Part shown: one piece after another, positions 18,015 through 27,167 of the stretch | Position numbering within the stretch: position 1 is the first letter of the stretch | Layout: each line of letters begins with the position of its first letter | DNA from: an uncultured Mycoplasmatota bacterium | GTDB lineage: Bacteria > Bacillota_I > Bacilli_A > RF39 > UBA660 | Direction of reading: 5' to 3' | Length of the DNA stretch: 64,000 nucleotides | NCBI GenBank assembly: GCA_947056845.1 | Contig: CAMSCJ010000009.1 | Coordinates: forward strand, 554 to 64,553 | Notes under the pieces: model-generated | What the model was told of the DNA's origin: nothing | What the model saw: the letters and a program-made list of their open reading frames with translations, nothing else | Database searches by the model: none | Position numbers and translations under genes: made by a program

Positions 18015-20498
18015 ATGAAAAATAGAATACTTACGAATAGTTTAAGGCAAATTAAAAAGTCATATAAAAGGTTTATATCATTATTATTAATGAGTTTGTT
18101 AGGTGTAGGTTTTTTTGTAGGCATTCAATTAACTAGTCCTGATATGTTAAAAACTTTGGATAATTATTTGGATGAGACTTCTTATTATGATTTAGAAATT
18201 ATATCTAACTATGGTTTGACAGAGGATGATCTAAATGTTTTAAAAAATATTGATGATGATTTAGATGTTGTTGGTTCTAAAGGTATCGATTCAGTAATAA
18301 GTGTTGATAAGTATCAATATGTTGTAAAGTTAATTGAATTAACAAATGTTAATAGGGTTACGGTTATTGATGGACAGTTACCAACTAATAATCAAGAAAT
18401 AGTTGTTGAGGAACAATTTTTAAATGATAATAATCTAGTAATTGGTGACTTTATAACCATAGATTCAGAAAGTTTAATAAACAAAGATTATAAAATTACT
18501 GGTATAATTGAAAGTCCATTATATTTTTCTAAAGAACGTGGAACATCACAACTTGGTAATGGAAGCATTTCTTATTATATGTATGTTTTAGATAGTGCCT
18601 TTAATATAGATTATTTTACTAATATTTATATTAATGTTAAGAATGCTAAAGAGTTAATTACTAGTGAGGAAGAATATATTGATTTAGTTGAAGAGGTAGA
18701 AAACAAAATTGAGGCAATTAAACATGATAGAGAAAAAATACGTTTAGATGATATAAAAAAATCGAAACTAAAAAAAATGTTAGGGATAGAACCAGATAAC
18801 TTTGATGCTTATGATCAATATTTTATCGATTTAGATGATTGCATTTGGTATATTTATGCACGAGATAATAGTAGTGCATATCAAGAGTATATTGATGCTA
18901 CTACTAGTTTAAAAAAATTAGGCAATGTCTTCCCAATTGTTTTTTATGTGATTGCGATTTTAATTAGTTTAATCTCAATGACAAGAATGGTTGAAGAGGA
19001 TAGGACTGAAATAGGTACTTTAAAATCTTTAGGTTTTGCAAATGGGAAAATATTATTCAAATATATTAGTTATGCTACCTTAGCGACTATTATTGGTGGT
19101 GGGCTTGGTGTTATTGTTGGTGGTTATTTAATTCCTAGTATTATTTGGGATATTTATTTAATGCTTTTTGATGTCCCTAATTTTGTTATTAGTTTTGATT
19201 TTAGAATTGTATTGGTTGGTATTTTAATCGCATTTGTTTGTATCGTTGGTGCCACTTTTATCGCAGTTTATAAAACACTTTTAAATATGCCATCCAAATT
19301 AATAAGACCTAAAGCTCCTATTGGTGGTAAGCGTATTTTATTAGAAAGAATACCATTTTTATGGAAACATTTAAAATTTTCTAATAAAATTTCAACGAGA
19401 AATTTATTTCGTTATAAAAAAAGAATCATTATGACTGTTATTGGTATATCAGGTTGTACGGCGCTTATTTTAGCTGGTTTTGGCTTAAGAGATTCTATTG
19501 TTGATATTGTCAATTTACAATTTAATAATGTTCAATTGTATGATGATATGGTAATTATGACATCTAATAAAGATAGTGATGCTTTATTAGAAAGATTAAA
19601 TAATGATAAATATGTTAAAAAAGTAACTATGGCGAGTATGAATAATGTTTCACTTAAAAATAGTAATATTTTAAAAAATGCTACAATGATAACTACGGAT
19701 AATGAATTTAAAGGTGTTATAAATTTAAATGACATAAGTAATAATAAAGTGCTGGAAGTTTCTGATGATGTTGTTTATATTTCGTCAAAATTGGCTAAAT
19801 TAATTGATGCTAAAGTTGGTGAAGATATTGAAATTATTTATGATAAGAAAAGTTATTTTATTGAAGTGGGAGCTATCGTTGAAAACTATGTTAATAATTA
19901 TATTTATATTAACAAAAATACTTATTTAAATTTATTTAAAAACTATACTGATAATATTATATATATTTCATTAGAAGATGGAGTAACTTGGGATTATAAT
20001 GAAAATTTAATGAGTGAGCTTTTAACGTTTTCTTCAGTAGCTAGTGTTTTATCGATTGATGAAACAGTCTCCTCAGTTAGTCAAATGCTCGAATCATTAG
20101 ATTCAGTAGTTGTTATTTTAATTATTTCTTCAGCTCTTTTAGCTTTTGTTGTTTTATATAATTTATCAACCATTAATATTAGCGAGCGTAAAAGAGAAAT
20201 TGCGACTCTAAAAGTTTTAGGTTTCTATGATAGTGAAGTGGATTCTTATATTACAAGAGAAAATATTATTTTAACTATTATTGGTTTAACTATTGGTTTG
20301 TTTTTAGGTTCTTATTTAAGTCATTTTATTATAAGTACATGTGAAACAGAAAACTTATTGTTTGTTCGCAATGTTAATTTTACAAGTTATATTTATTCTT
20401 CAATTATAACGGTTTCTTTTACAATTATTGTTAATATCGTAACGCACTTTAGTTTAAAGAAGATTGATATGATTGAGAGTTTAAAGGGCGTTGAATAA
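18015..20498 (+). CDS. ABC transporter permease, duplicated FtsX/MacB-type (about 828 aa)
   Basis: Two FtsX-like 4-TM modules, each preceded by a large extracytoplasmic domain. The ATG directly follows the ATPase stop. Confidence 0.85.
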   Translation: MKNRILTNSLRQIKKSYKRFISLLLMSLLGVGFFVGIQLTSPDMLKTLDNYLDETSYYDLEIISNYGLTEDDLNVLKNIDDDLDVVGSKGIDSVISVDKYQYVVKLIELTNVNRVTVIDGQLPTNNQEIVVEEQFLNDNNLVIGDFITIDSESLINKDYKITGIIESPLYFSKERGTSQLGNGSISYYMYVLDSAFNIDYFTNIYINVKNAKELITSEEEYIDLVEEVENKIEAIKHDREKIRLDDIKKSKLKKMLGIEPDNFDAYDQYFIDLDDCIWYIYARDNSSAYQEYIDATTSLKKLGNVFPIVFYVIAILISLISMTRMVEEDRTEIGTLKSLGFANGKILFKYISYATLATIIGGGLGVIVGGYLIPSIIWDIYLMLFDVPNFVISFDFRIVLVGILIAFVCIVGATFIAVYKTLLNMPSKLIRPKAPIGGKRILLERIPFLWKHLKFSNKISTRNLFRYKKRIIMTVIGISGCTALILAGFGLRDSIVDIVNLQFNNVQLYDDMVIMTSNKDSDALLERLNNDKYVKKVTMASMNNVSLKNSNILKNATMITTDNEFKGVINLNDISNNKVLEVSDDVVYISSKLAKLIDAKVGEDIEIIYDKKSYFIEVGAIVENYVNNYIYINKNTYLNLFKNYTDNIIYISLEDGVTWDYNENLMSELLTFSSVASVLSIDETVSSVSQMLESLDSVVVILIISSALLAFVVLYNLSTINISERKREIATLKVLGFYDSEVDSYITRENIILTIIGLTIGLFLGSYLSHFIISTCETENLLFVRNVNFTSYIYSSIITVSFTIIVNIVTHFSLKKIDMIESLKGVE

Positions 20499-20520
20499 AA
20501 GTATAAATATAAATTAAAAA

Positions 20521-20547
20521 AATAGTATAAGTTGTACTATTTTTTTC
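20521..20547 (+). terminator. Rho-independent terminator (AATAGTA-loop-TACTATT plus T6)
   Basis: Perfect 7-bp stem followed by a T-run, downstream of the permease gene. Confidence 0.6.
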
Positions 20548-20594
20548 ATATACTTTATTAGAAGTTTATAATAAAAAATAAAGTAGGTGTTTAT

Positions 20595-21587
20595 ATGTTT
20601 GTACTTACAAAGTCAGTTTTAGCGATGATGATTAGTTTTATTTTGGCAGTATTATTAGGTTTATTTTTAATCCCAATTTTAAAAAAATTAAAAGCTTCAC
20701 AACGTGTTAGTATTTATGTAAGCGAAATGCATAAGCAGAAAAATGGTACACCGACAATGGGCGGCTTAATATTTATTGTGCCAGTAATTGTTACAGTTGT
20801 TATTTTATATTTGCTTGGAAAAATTAATTTCAGTTATAATTTATTAATTATTGTGTTTACATTTATTTCTTATTCTTTGATTGGCTTTTTAGATGATTAT
20901 TTGATTATTAAAAGAAATAATAATAAGGGATTAACAGAAATTCAAAAACTATTATTACAAATAATTGTTGCTATTATCTTCTTTTATTTATTTATGAAGG
21001 GTGGTAATGAACCATTAATTTGGCTTCGAAGTCTTAATTTAAGGATAGAGATGGGATGGCTCTATGGATTATTTATTTTGTTTATTTTGGTCTCTAGTAG
21101 TAATGCTGTTAATATAACCGATGGTTTGGATGGTTTAGCTGGCGGATTATCAGTAATTGCTTTTTTAACTTTTGGGCTTATTGCTTGGAGTACAGGATGG
21201 TTAGAAGGATATGAAGATATTGCTGTTTTCTGTTTTATTTTGATTGGAGGTATTTTAGGCTTTTTGGTATTTAATTTAAATCCCGCTAAAGTTTTTATGG
21301 GTGATACAGGTTCACTTGCATTAGGGGCCACCTTAGGGGCAGTAGCAATTATTACAAGGTATGAATTTTTACTGATTTTGATTGGCATTGTTTTTGTTTT
21401 AGAAACGCTTAGTTGTGTTATACAAATTATTTATTTTAAATTAACAGGAAAACGTTTTTTTCCAATGACACCGATTCATCATAGTTTTGAAAAAATAGGC
21501 TTTAAGGAAACAGATATTGTTAAAATGTTTTTATTTGTTGGTTTACTTGCAAGTATGATTGCGATTATTTTGTGTGTATGGATCTAG
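20595..21587 (+). CDS. mraY: Phospho-N-acetylmuramoyl-pentapeptide transferase MraY
   Basis: Motif KNGTPTMGG and a polytopic membrane topology. AGGTG SD. Confidence 0.9.
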   Translation: MFVLTKSVLAMMISFILAVLLGLFLIPILKKLKASQRVSIYVSEMHKQKNGTPTMGGLIFIVPVIVTVVILYLLGKINFSYNLLIIVFTFISYSLIGFLDDYLIIKRNNNKGLTEIQKLLLQIIVAIIFFYLFMKGGNEPLIWLRSLNLRIEMGWLYGLFILFILVSSSNAVNITDGLDGLAGGLSVIAFLTFGLIAWSTGWLEGYEDIAVFCFILIGGILGFLVFNLNPAKVFMGDTGSLALGATLGAVAIITRYEFLLILIGIVFVLETLSCVIQIIYFKLTGKRFFPMTPIHHSFEKIGFKETDIVKMFLFVGLLASMIAIILCVWI

Positions 21588-21594
21588 GTGAAAT

Positions 21595-22686
21595 ATGAAA
21601 AAGAATAGTATTGATTTATTAATGTTTATTTCGATTATTGTAATATCTATTTTTGGTATTATTATGATTTATTCAGCTTCATATATTTGGGCTGAGTATA
21701 AATTTAATGATGCCTTTAAATATGTTAAACATCAGGGATTATTTTTTATTGTTGGTGTTATTCTTATGATAATTATTAGTAAAATTGATTATCATATTTA
21801 TTTAAAGTATGCTAATAAAATTTTACTAGGCTGTTTAGTTTTGCTTATTTTAGTAGCAATACCAGGTATTGGAACAGTTCGAAATGGAAGTCGTAGTTGG
21901 TTTGGAATTGGTTCATTTGGAATTCAACCGAGTGAATTTACCAAATTAGCGCTAATTATGTTTACGTCTAAATATTTAGTAAATAATGAAAAAAATTTAA
22001 AAGATATAAAAAGAGGTGTTTTACCAATATTAGGTATTACTATGTTTGTTTTCGCTCTTATTATGTTACAACCTGATTTTGGTACGGGTACGATTGTTGT
22101 TATATCGATTGTCGGTTTATTATTTGTGGCGGGGGTTAATTTTAAATTTTTCTTTAAAATAGGAATTATTGGTGTCATTGGTGTTGTTATTTTAATTGCA
22201 GTTGCACCTTACCGTCTTGCTAGAATTGTATCGTTTTTAGATCCATGGAGTGATCCTTTAGGTAGTGGTTTTCAAATAATTCAGTCATTATATGCGATTG
22301 GTCCTGGTGGTTTGTTTGGTTATGGTTTTTTGAATTCTAGGCAAAAACATTTTTATTTGCCTGAACCACAAACAGATTTTATCTTTTCTATAATTAGTGA
22401 AGAATTTGGCTTTTTAGGTATTGTTATTGTTTCTTCTTTATTTTTAACTATTATTGTTAGGGGTTTTAGAATTTCGCGGAATTGTTCTGATATGTTTGGC
22501 AAATATTTAGTTTTTGGAATTATTTTTCAGATTGCCTTTCAAACTGTTTTAAATTTAATGGTTGTAGTTGGTTTAATACCTGTAACAGGTGTGACGCTAC
22601 CATTTTTAAGCTATGGAGGTTCTAGCCTTTTAATTACTTTATGCAGTATGGGAATTATTTTAAATGTTTCTAGAAGTCAAAAATAA
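21595..22686 (+). CDS. ftsW: SEDS-family peptidoglycan glycosyltransferase FtsW/RodA
   Basis: 10-TM SEDS protein directly after mraY. Confidence 0.8.
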   Translation: MKKNSIDLLMFISIIVISIFGIIMIYSASYIWAEYKFNDAFKYVKHQGLFFIVGVILMIIISKIDYHIYLKYANKILLGCLVLLILVAIPGIGTVRNGSRSWFGIGSFGIQPSEFTKLALIMFTSKYLVNNEKNLKDIKRGVLPILGITMFVFALIMLQPDFGTGTIVVISIVGLLFVAGVNFKFFFKIGIIGVIGVVILIAVAPYRLARIVSFLDPWSDPLGSGFQIIQSLYAIGPGGLFGYGFLNSRQKHFYLPEPQTDFIFSIISEEFGFLGIVIVSSLFLTIIVRGFRISRNCSDMFGKYLVFGIIFQIAFQTVLNLMVVVGLIPVTGVTLPFLSYGGSSLLITLCSMGIILNVSRSQK

Positions 22687-22696
22687 GTTATTTTGT

Positions 22697-22721
22697 AATA
22701 GAACTTAGTTCTATTTTTTTT
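22697..22721 (+). terminator. Rho-independent terminator (AATAGAAC-tta-GTTCTATT plus T8)
   Basis: Hairpin and T-run after ftsW. Confidence 0.6.
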
Positions 22722-22775
22722 GTTGCTTTATCTTTAATTAGTGTAGTATAATTTTGTGATAAGGGAAGTGTTTAA

Positions 22776-23462
22776 ATGTCAAAAATTTTAGTTGTTGATG
22801 ATGATGTTGATATTTCGGAGTTAATCGCGCTTATTTTAGAACGTGAGCAGATGCAAGTTGTGGTTAAGAATGATAGTATAGAGGCTTTAGAATTATTAAA
22901 AAATGAGCATTTTGATTTAGTTTTATTAGATATTATGATGCCTAATCTAAGTGGTACCGAATTATGTGGAAAAATTAGAGATTTGGTTTCTGCACCTATT
23001 ATTTTTATTTCAGCTAAAAATCAAATTATTGATAAAATGTTAGGATTTGAAATTGGTGGAGATGATTATATAACAAAACCATTTGATAATGATGAGTTGG
23101 TTTTAAAAGTTAAATCACATTTACGTATTTCTAAGCGTATTAATAAGTCTAATCAAAGTGGTATTATAAAAATTGGCGATATTGTTTTAAATGTATCTAG
23201 TTTTGAAGTGAGAAAGAAAGATGAAAAGATTGATATTTCAACTAGAGAGTTTGAACTTTTACGTTATTTAATGGAGAATGCTGGACAGGCTCTTTCAAAG
23301 GAACAAATTTTTGCTTCAGTTTGGGGTAGTGAGTACGGGGATATTGGTACTGTCGCTGTCAATATTAAGAGTTTGCGTGATAAAATTGATTCAGAGGGAA
23401 AATATATTATAACTATTTGGGGTTATGGTTATAAATTTATAAAGGAAAGTGATTATGTATAG
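22776..23462 (+). CDS. OmpR-family response regulator
   Basis: Receiver domain (DD...D...K) followed by a winged-helix C-terminal domain. Confidence 0.9.
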   Translation: MSKILVVDDDVDISELIALILEREQMQVVVKNDSIEALELLKNEHFDLVLLDIMMPNLSGTELCGKIRDLVSAPIIFISAKNQIIDKMLGFEIGGDDYITKPFDNDELVLKVKSHLRISKRINKSNQSGIIKIGDIVLNVSSFEVRKKDEKIDISTREFELLRYLMENAGQALSKEQIFASVWGSEYGDIGTVAVNIKSLRDKIDSEGKYIITIWGYGYKFIKESDYV

Positions 23463-24708
23463 AAGATTTACTTTACGAAAAAGAGTATTTATCGGTTTAA
23501 TTTTGGCTATTTTTTTTAATTTTATTAGTTTGTTTGTTTTTAGTTTTGTTTATTTAAAGCCTAATATTGATAAGGTTACTAGTGAGGAAGAATCATTAAG
23601 AAAAGAAATTTTAAGTAGTAATTACGAAAATTATGAGCAATTAATAGTTAAATTAGATAGCATTGCTTCAATAAAATATACCTTACAGGATATTGATAAT
23701 AATTTTTTGCATCAAACAGAGGTTAAAAGGATTGATAAATCTTTTATTTCTAGTTTAATAAAAATTAATGATGCTAATTATTTATTACAGGTTTATTATG
23801 TCAATAATCTGAATGTATCTAAAATAATTGTTTTGTTTTTTGAAATACAGGCTTTTTTAATGTTACTTATTTTTATAGTTGCTGGCTTTAGTGCTAATAA
23901 AGGTATTTTAAGACCACTTGATAAATTAAATAATGATATTTGTAATTATAAGTTTGGTAAAAAACCGATAAGGAGTAAGATAAAGAATGAATTCGATTTA
24001 ATTCAAAATGAATTTGTCAATTTAACTGATTCTTTAGAAGAAGAAAGGGTCGAACAAACACGAATTATTGCTAGTATCTCCCATGATATAAAGACGCCTC
24101 TTACATCGATTATTGGTTATTCAGATTTAATCGCAAGTGGTAGTTTAAAATATGAGCAGGTAAAAAAATATAATGAAAAGATAAATTTAAAATCAAAGAT
24201 GATAAAGGAAATTTTAAATAACTTTGATGATTATTTAATTAATAACACTAATCAAACTTTGAAATTAGAAAAAATAAAATTGAAGGATTTAATTGAACAA
24301 TTAGATAATGATTATAAAATGGATTTAGAGGCTAATAATATTAAATTATTCATCAATTGTAATTGTCTTAATGATAATATTATGATTGATGTCATGAAAA
24401 TTAAAAGGGTTTTTTCTAATATTATTTCTAATAGTGTTAGGTATTTAAAAGGGAATGGCTTTATAAAGATATCCATAAAAAAGGTTAATGGTAGTTATGT
24501 TTTTAAAATAACTGATAATGGACCTGGTGTTGATGAGAGTATAATTAATAAAATTTTTGAACCTTTATATACAACTGACTATTCTAGAAAAATATCTGGT
24601 TTAGGTTTATCAATTTGTAAGGAATTTATTATTTTACATAGCGGAACTATTAAGGCCTATAATAATTACGGTTTAACAATTGAATTTACTATACCTATTA
24701 AAACGTAG
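23455..24708 (+). CDS. Sensor histidine kinase (HisKA + HATPase_c)
   Basis: Two TM helices, an H-box (SHDIKTPLTSIIGYSDL), and G-boxes (DNGPGV...GLGLSI). Overlaps the response-regulator stop. Confidence 0.85.
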   Translation: MYRRFTLRKRVFIGLILAIFFNFISLFVFSFVYLKPNIDKVTSEEESLRKEILSSNYENYEQLIVKLDSIASIKYTLQDIDNNFLHQTEVKRIDKSFISSLIKINDANYLLQVYYVNNLNVSKIIVLFFEIQAFLMLLIFIVAGFSANKGILRPLDKLNNDICNYKFGKKPIRSKIKNEFDLIQNEFVNLTDSLEEERVEQTRIIASISHDIKTPLTSIIGYSDLIASGSLKYEQVKKYNEKINLKSKMIKEILNNFDDYLINNTNQTLKLEKIKLKDLIEQLDNDYKMDLEANNIKLFINCNCLNDNIMIDVMKIKRVFSNIISNSVRYLKGNGFIKISIKKVNGSYVFKITDNGPGVDESIINKIFEPLYTTDYSRKISGLGLSICKEFIILHSGTIKAYNNYGLTIEFTIPIKT

Positions 24709-24820
24709 TGTATTAATATAAAATTGTGTATTTTTTTGCAATTTTTTTGTTTAAAAAAAGGATTTATTAAGATTATGTTGTATTTTTATATTTAAAGGAG
24801 AAAAAGGTTAAATTTTAATA

Positions 24821-24849
24821 TTGACTAATAGTCTGATATAATATATAAT
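24821..24849 (+). promoter_or_regulatory. Sigma-A type promoter TTGACT-N17-TATAAT
   Basis: Exact 17-nt spacer. Lies about 75 nt upstream of the Rpn-like ORF. Confidence 0.5.
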
Positions 24850-24926
24850 TTAACTAGTAATTAACAATTATAAAATTATATACATTAGAGAATGATTATT
24901 TATTTAAGTATATTTTTAGGAATGAA

Positions 24927-25703
24927 TTGTATTTAAAAAAATTACTATTAGATTTTTTTGATGTGAAATGTGAAACAGTAGAATATCTAAATACTGAATT
25001 AATAAGGTCAAACAAAAACGATAAAATAGGCATAGTTGATTTATTACTTAATATTGATAATAATATTGTAATTTTAGAGTTACAAAATATAGATAGGCAT
25101 AATTTTAAAGAAAGATTATTATTTTATTCATCAAGTATAATCGCTAATCATTGTTTAAAAGTAAGTGAAGATTATAGAAATTTAAGAATGATTAAATTAT
25201 ATGCGATAATTAATTATAATTTACTTGATAATAGTGTAAAAAATAGGGTTAGATTAAAAAGTAAAAATAAAATATTTACAAAAAAGTTGGAGTATCAAAT
25301 ATTTAATTTAGCTAGAGTCGATATTAATAATAAAAATAACAGTTATTATGAAATGGCAAATTTGTTTAAAACCAATAATTTAAATAAACTAACTAGAATA
25401 ATTGAAAATAATTTAAATATGGAAATATTAAATAAAATTAAATATTATAATTTAGATAGTAAGGAGTATAAAAAAATGGACGATATAGCAAAAATGATGA
25501 TGGAAGAAACAGAACATTATGAAAGTGCTTATGAAGACGGAATAGAAATTGGAATCGAGCGCGGGCTAAGTGAAGGTATAAGTCAAGGTATAAGTCAATA
25601 TAAAAGACAAATAGCTAAAAATATGTTAATAGAAAATGTTGATATTTCACTTATTTCAAAGTATACAAATATGTCAATAGAAGAAATAGAATCTTTAAGG
25701 TAA
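24927..25703 (+). CDS. Rpn/YhgA-like PD-(D/E)XK nuclease (putative transposase family); the conserved N-terminal segment appears to be missing
   Basis: Family-typical core (GIVDLLL...ILELQN...ERLLFYSS) and C-terminal EDGIEIGIERGLSEGISQGI...EEIESL. TTG start. No upstream in-frame ATG before a TAA at 24858. Confidence 0.55.
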   Translation: MYLKKLLLDFFDVKCETVEYLNTELIRSNKNDKIGIVDLLLNIDNNIVILELQNIDRHNFKERLLFYSSSIIANHCLKVSEDYRNLRMIKLYAIINYNLLDNSVKNRVRLKSKNKIFTKKLEYQIFNLARVDINNKNNSYYEMANLFKTNNLNKLTRIIENNLNMEILNKIKYYNLDSKEYKKMDDIAKMMMEETEHYESAYEDGIEIGIERGLSEGISQGISQYKRQIAKNMLIENVDISLISKYTNMSIEEIESLR

Positions 25704-25814
25704 ATCTTGAAGATTTTATTTTTCTTAATAATTTTTAATAATATAATAATTTATTTTTAATTTTTATTTAATATAATGTATAATGTAGTAGGAAAAATAG
25801 GAGGAATTTTAATA

Positions 25815-26624
25815 ATGAAATTATTATTTAAACGCATAGGTGCTTATATATTAGATATGATTTTAGTTATACTAGTTGCTTCATTAATAAGTTCTTTAAC
25901 TTTTATTAATAAAGATTATAAGGCATATAATTCTACTTATAATGAGTATAGTAATAGATTAATTGTTTATCAAGATTTTATTAAAGATTTAGAAGATAAT
26001 TATGAAGATGAAGAAATTGATGATGAAGAATATGATAATTTACTTTCTAATTATAGTGAATTTTCTATTTATATCACAAATAGATATGAAGATAAAGTAA
26101 TTAGTAATGAGGAATATGAACAAATATTAAATGATTTGCTAGATTTATACCGAGATGAGTCTATATCATATAATTATAAATTATCTAAATTAAATGTTAT
26201 ATCTTCAATTATTTTAATTATTTGTTTAATTTTATATTTTGGTATTATTCAGTATTTTATGAATGGTCAAACATTAGGGAAAAGAATTTTTAATTTAAAA
26301 GTAGTTAATAAAAATAATGAAAAAGTTAATTTAGGATGTTTATTAGTTAGAACTATGATTGTTACAGGGATATTAGTTTCTCTTAGTCAAATTTTATGTT
26401 TATTTATTTTAAATGAAAATGATTATTATACAGCTTCTTATTATATGAAAATGATCTCTTATGGAATTGAGTTTATGATTTTAATTACAATATTATTAAG
26501 AACAGATAGTCGTGGCTTACATGATCTTATTGCACAAACTAAGGTTATAGATGTTAATACTAAATCTAGTGGTGATAAAGTAATTGATGCTCAATATACA
26601 GAACATGATTTAACTAAAAAATAA
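25815..26624 (+). CDS. RDD-family membrane protein
   Basis: N-terminal KRIGAYILDMILV motif. The ATG at 25815 lies 8 nt after AGGAGG. Confidence 0.7.
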   Translation: MKLLFKRIGAYILDMILVILVASLISSLTFINKDYKAYNSTYNEYSNRLIVYQDFIKDLEDNYEDEEIDDEEYDNLLSNYSEFSIYITNRYEDKVISNEEYEQILNDLLDLYRDESISYNYKLSKLNVISSIILIICLILYFGIIQYFMNGQTLGKRIFNLKVVNKNNEKVNLGCLLVRTMIVTGILVSLSQILCLFILNENDYYTASYYMKMISYGIEFMILITILLRTDSRGLHDLIAQTKVIDVNTKSSGDKVIDAQYTEHDLTKK

Positions 26625-26702
26625 TATTGATTAATGCTATTATTTTTTAGTTTGTGGTATAATTGTTTTGCAAAATTATACTACCTATAAGGAAGGTGAG
26701 AT

Positions 26703-27167
26703 ATGAATTTTATAAACAAGATAGCAAGATTTATGTATGGTAGATATGGGATTGATGATTTATATAAATTTTTATTTAAAGTCTTTTTTTGTTTAACTTT
26801 AATCAATTTATTTTTTCATAATTCTATTTTATTCTATATTGAGTTATTTTTATTTATTATTTCTATTTATCGGGTATTATCTAAAAATATATATAGAAGA
26901 AGGAGAGAAAATGAAAGATTTTTAAATATTAAGAAAATATTATTAAAACCTTTTTTCAATTTTAAAAGAAACTATCGTGATAGGAAAACTTATGTCTATA
27001 AAAAATGTCATCATTGTAAAACAACTCTAAGGTTACCATTACCAAGTAAAAGAGGTATAAATCATGTAAAATGTCCAGAATGTAGAAAAAGGTTAACAGT
27101 GTTTTCATTACGAAAAGAAAGAATAGAGATTATAAGAACTAAAAGAAAGGAAATGAAAAATGTTTAA
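26703..27167 (+). CDS. Small basic membrane protein with C-terminal zinc ribbon (CHHC...CPEC)
   Basis: A TM segment, an Arg/Lys-rich stretch, then CxxC-x21-CxxC. Overlaps the next gene by 8 nt. Confidence 0.55.
   Translation: MNFINKIARFMYGRYGIDDLYKFLFKVFFCLTLINLFFHNSILFYIELFLFIISIYRVLSKNIYRRRRENERFLNIKKILLKPFFNFKRNYRDRKTYVYKKCHHCKTTLRLPLPSKRGINHVKCPECRKRLTVFSLRKERIEIIRTKRKEMKNV

Noticed and set aside
25561-25590. Direct repeat GGTATAAGTCAA x2 in the Rpn-like gene as a possible repeat element.
   Set aside because: It is an in-frame coding duplication (GISQGISQ) within the conserved C-terminal tail, not an independent repeat.
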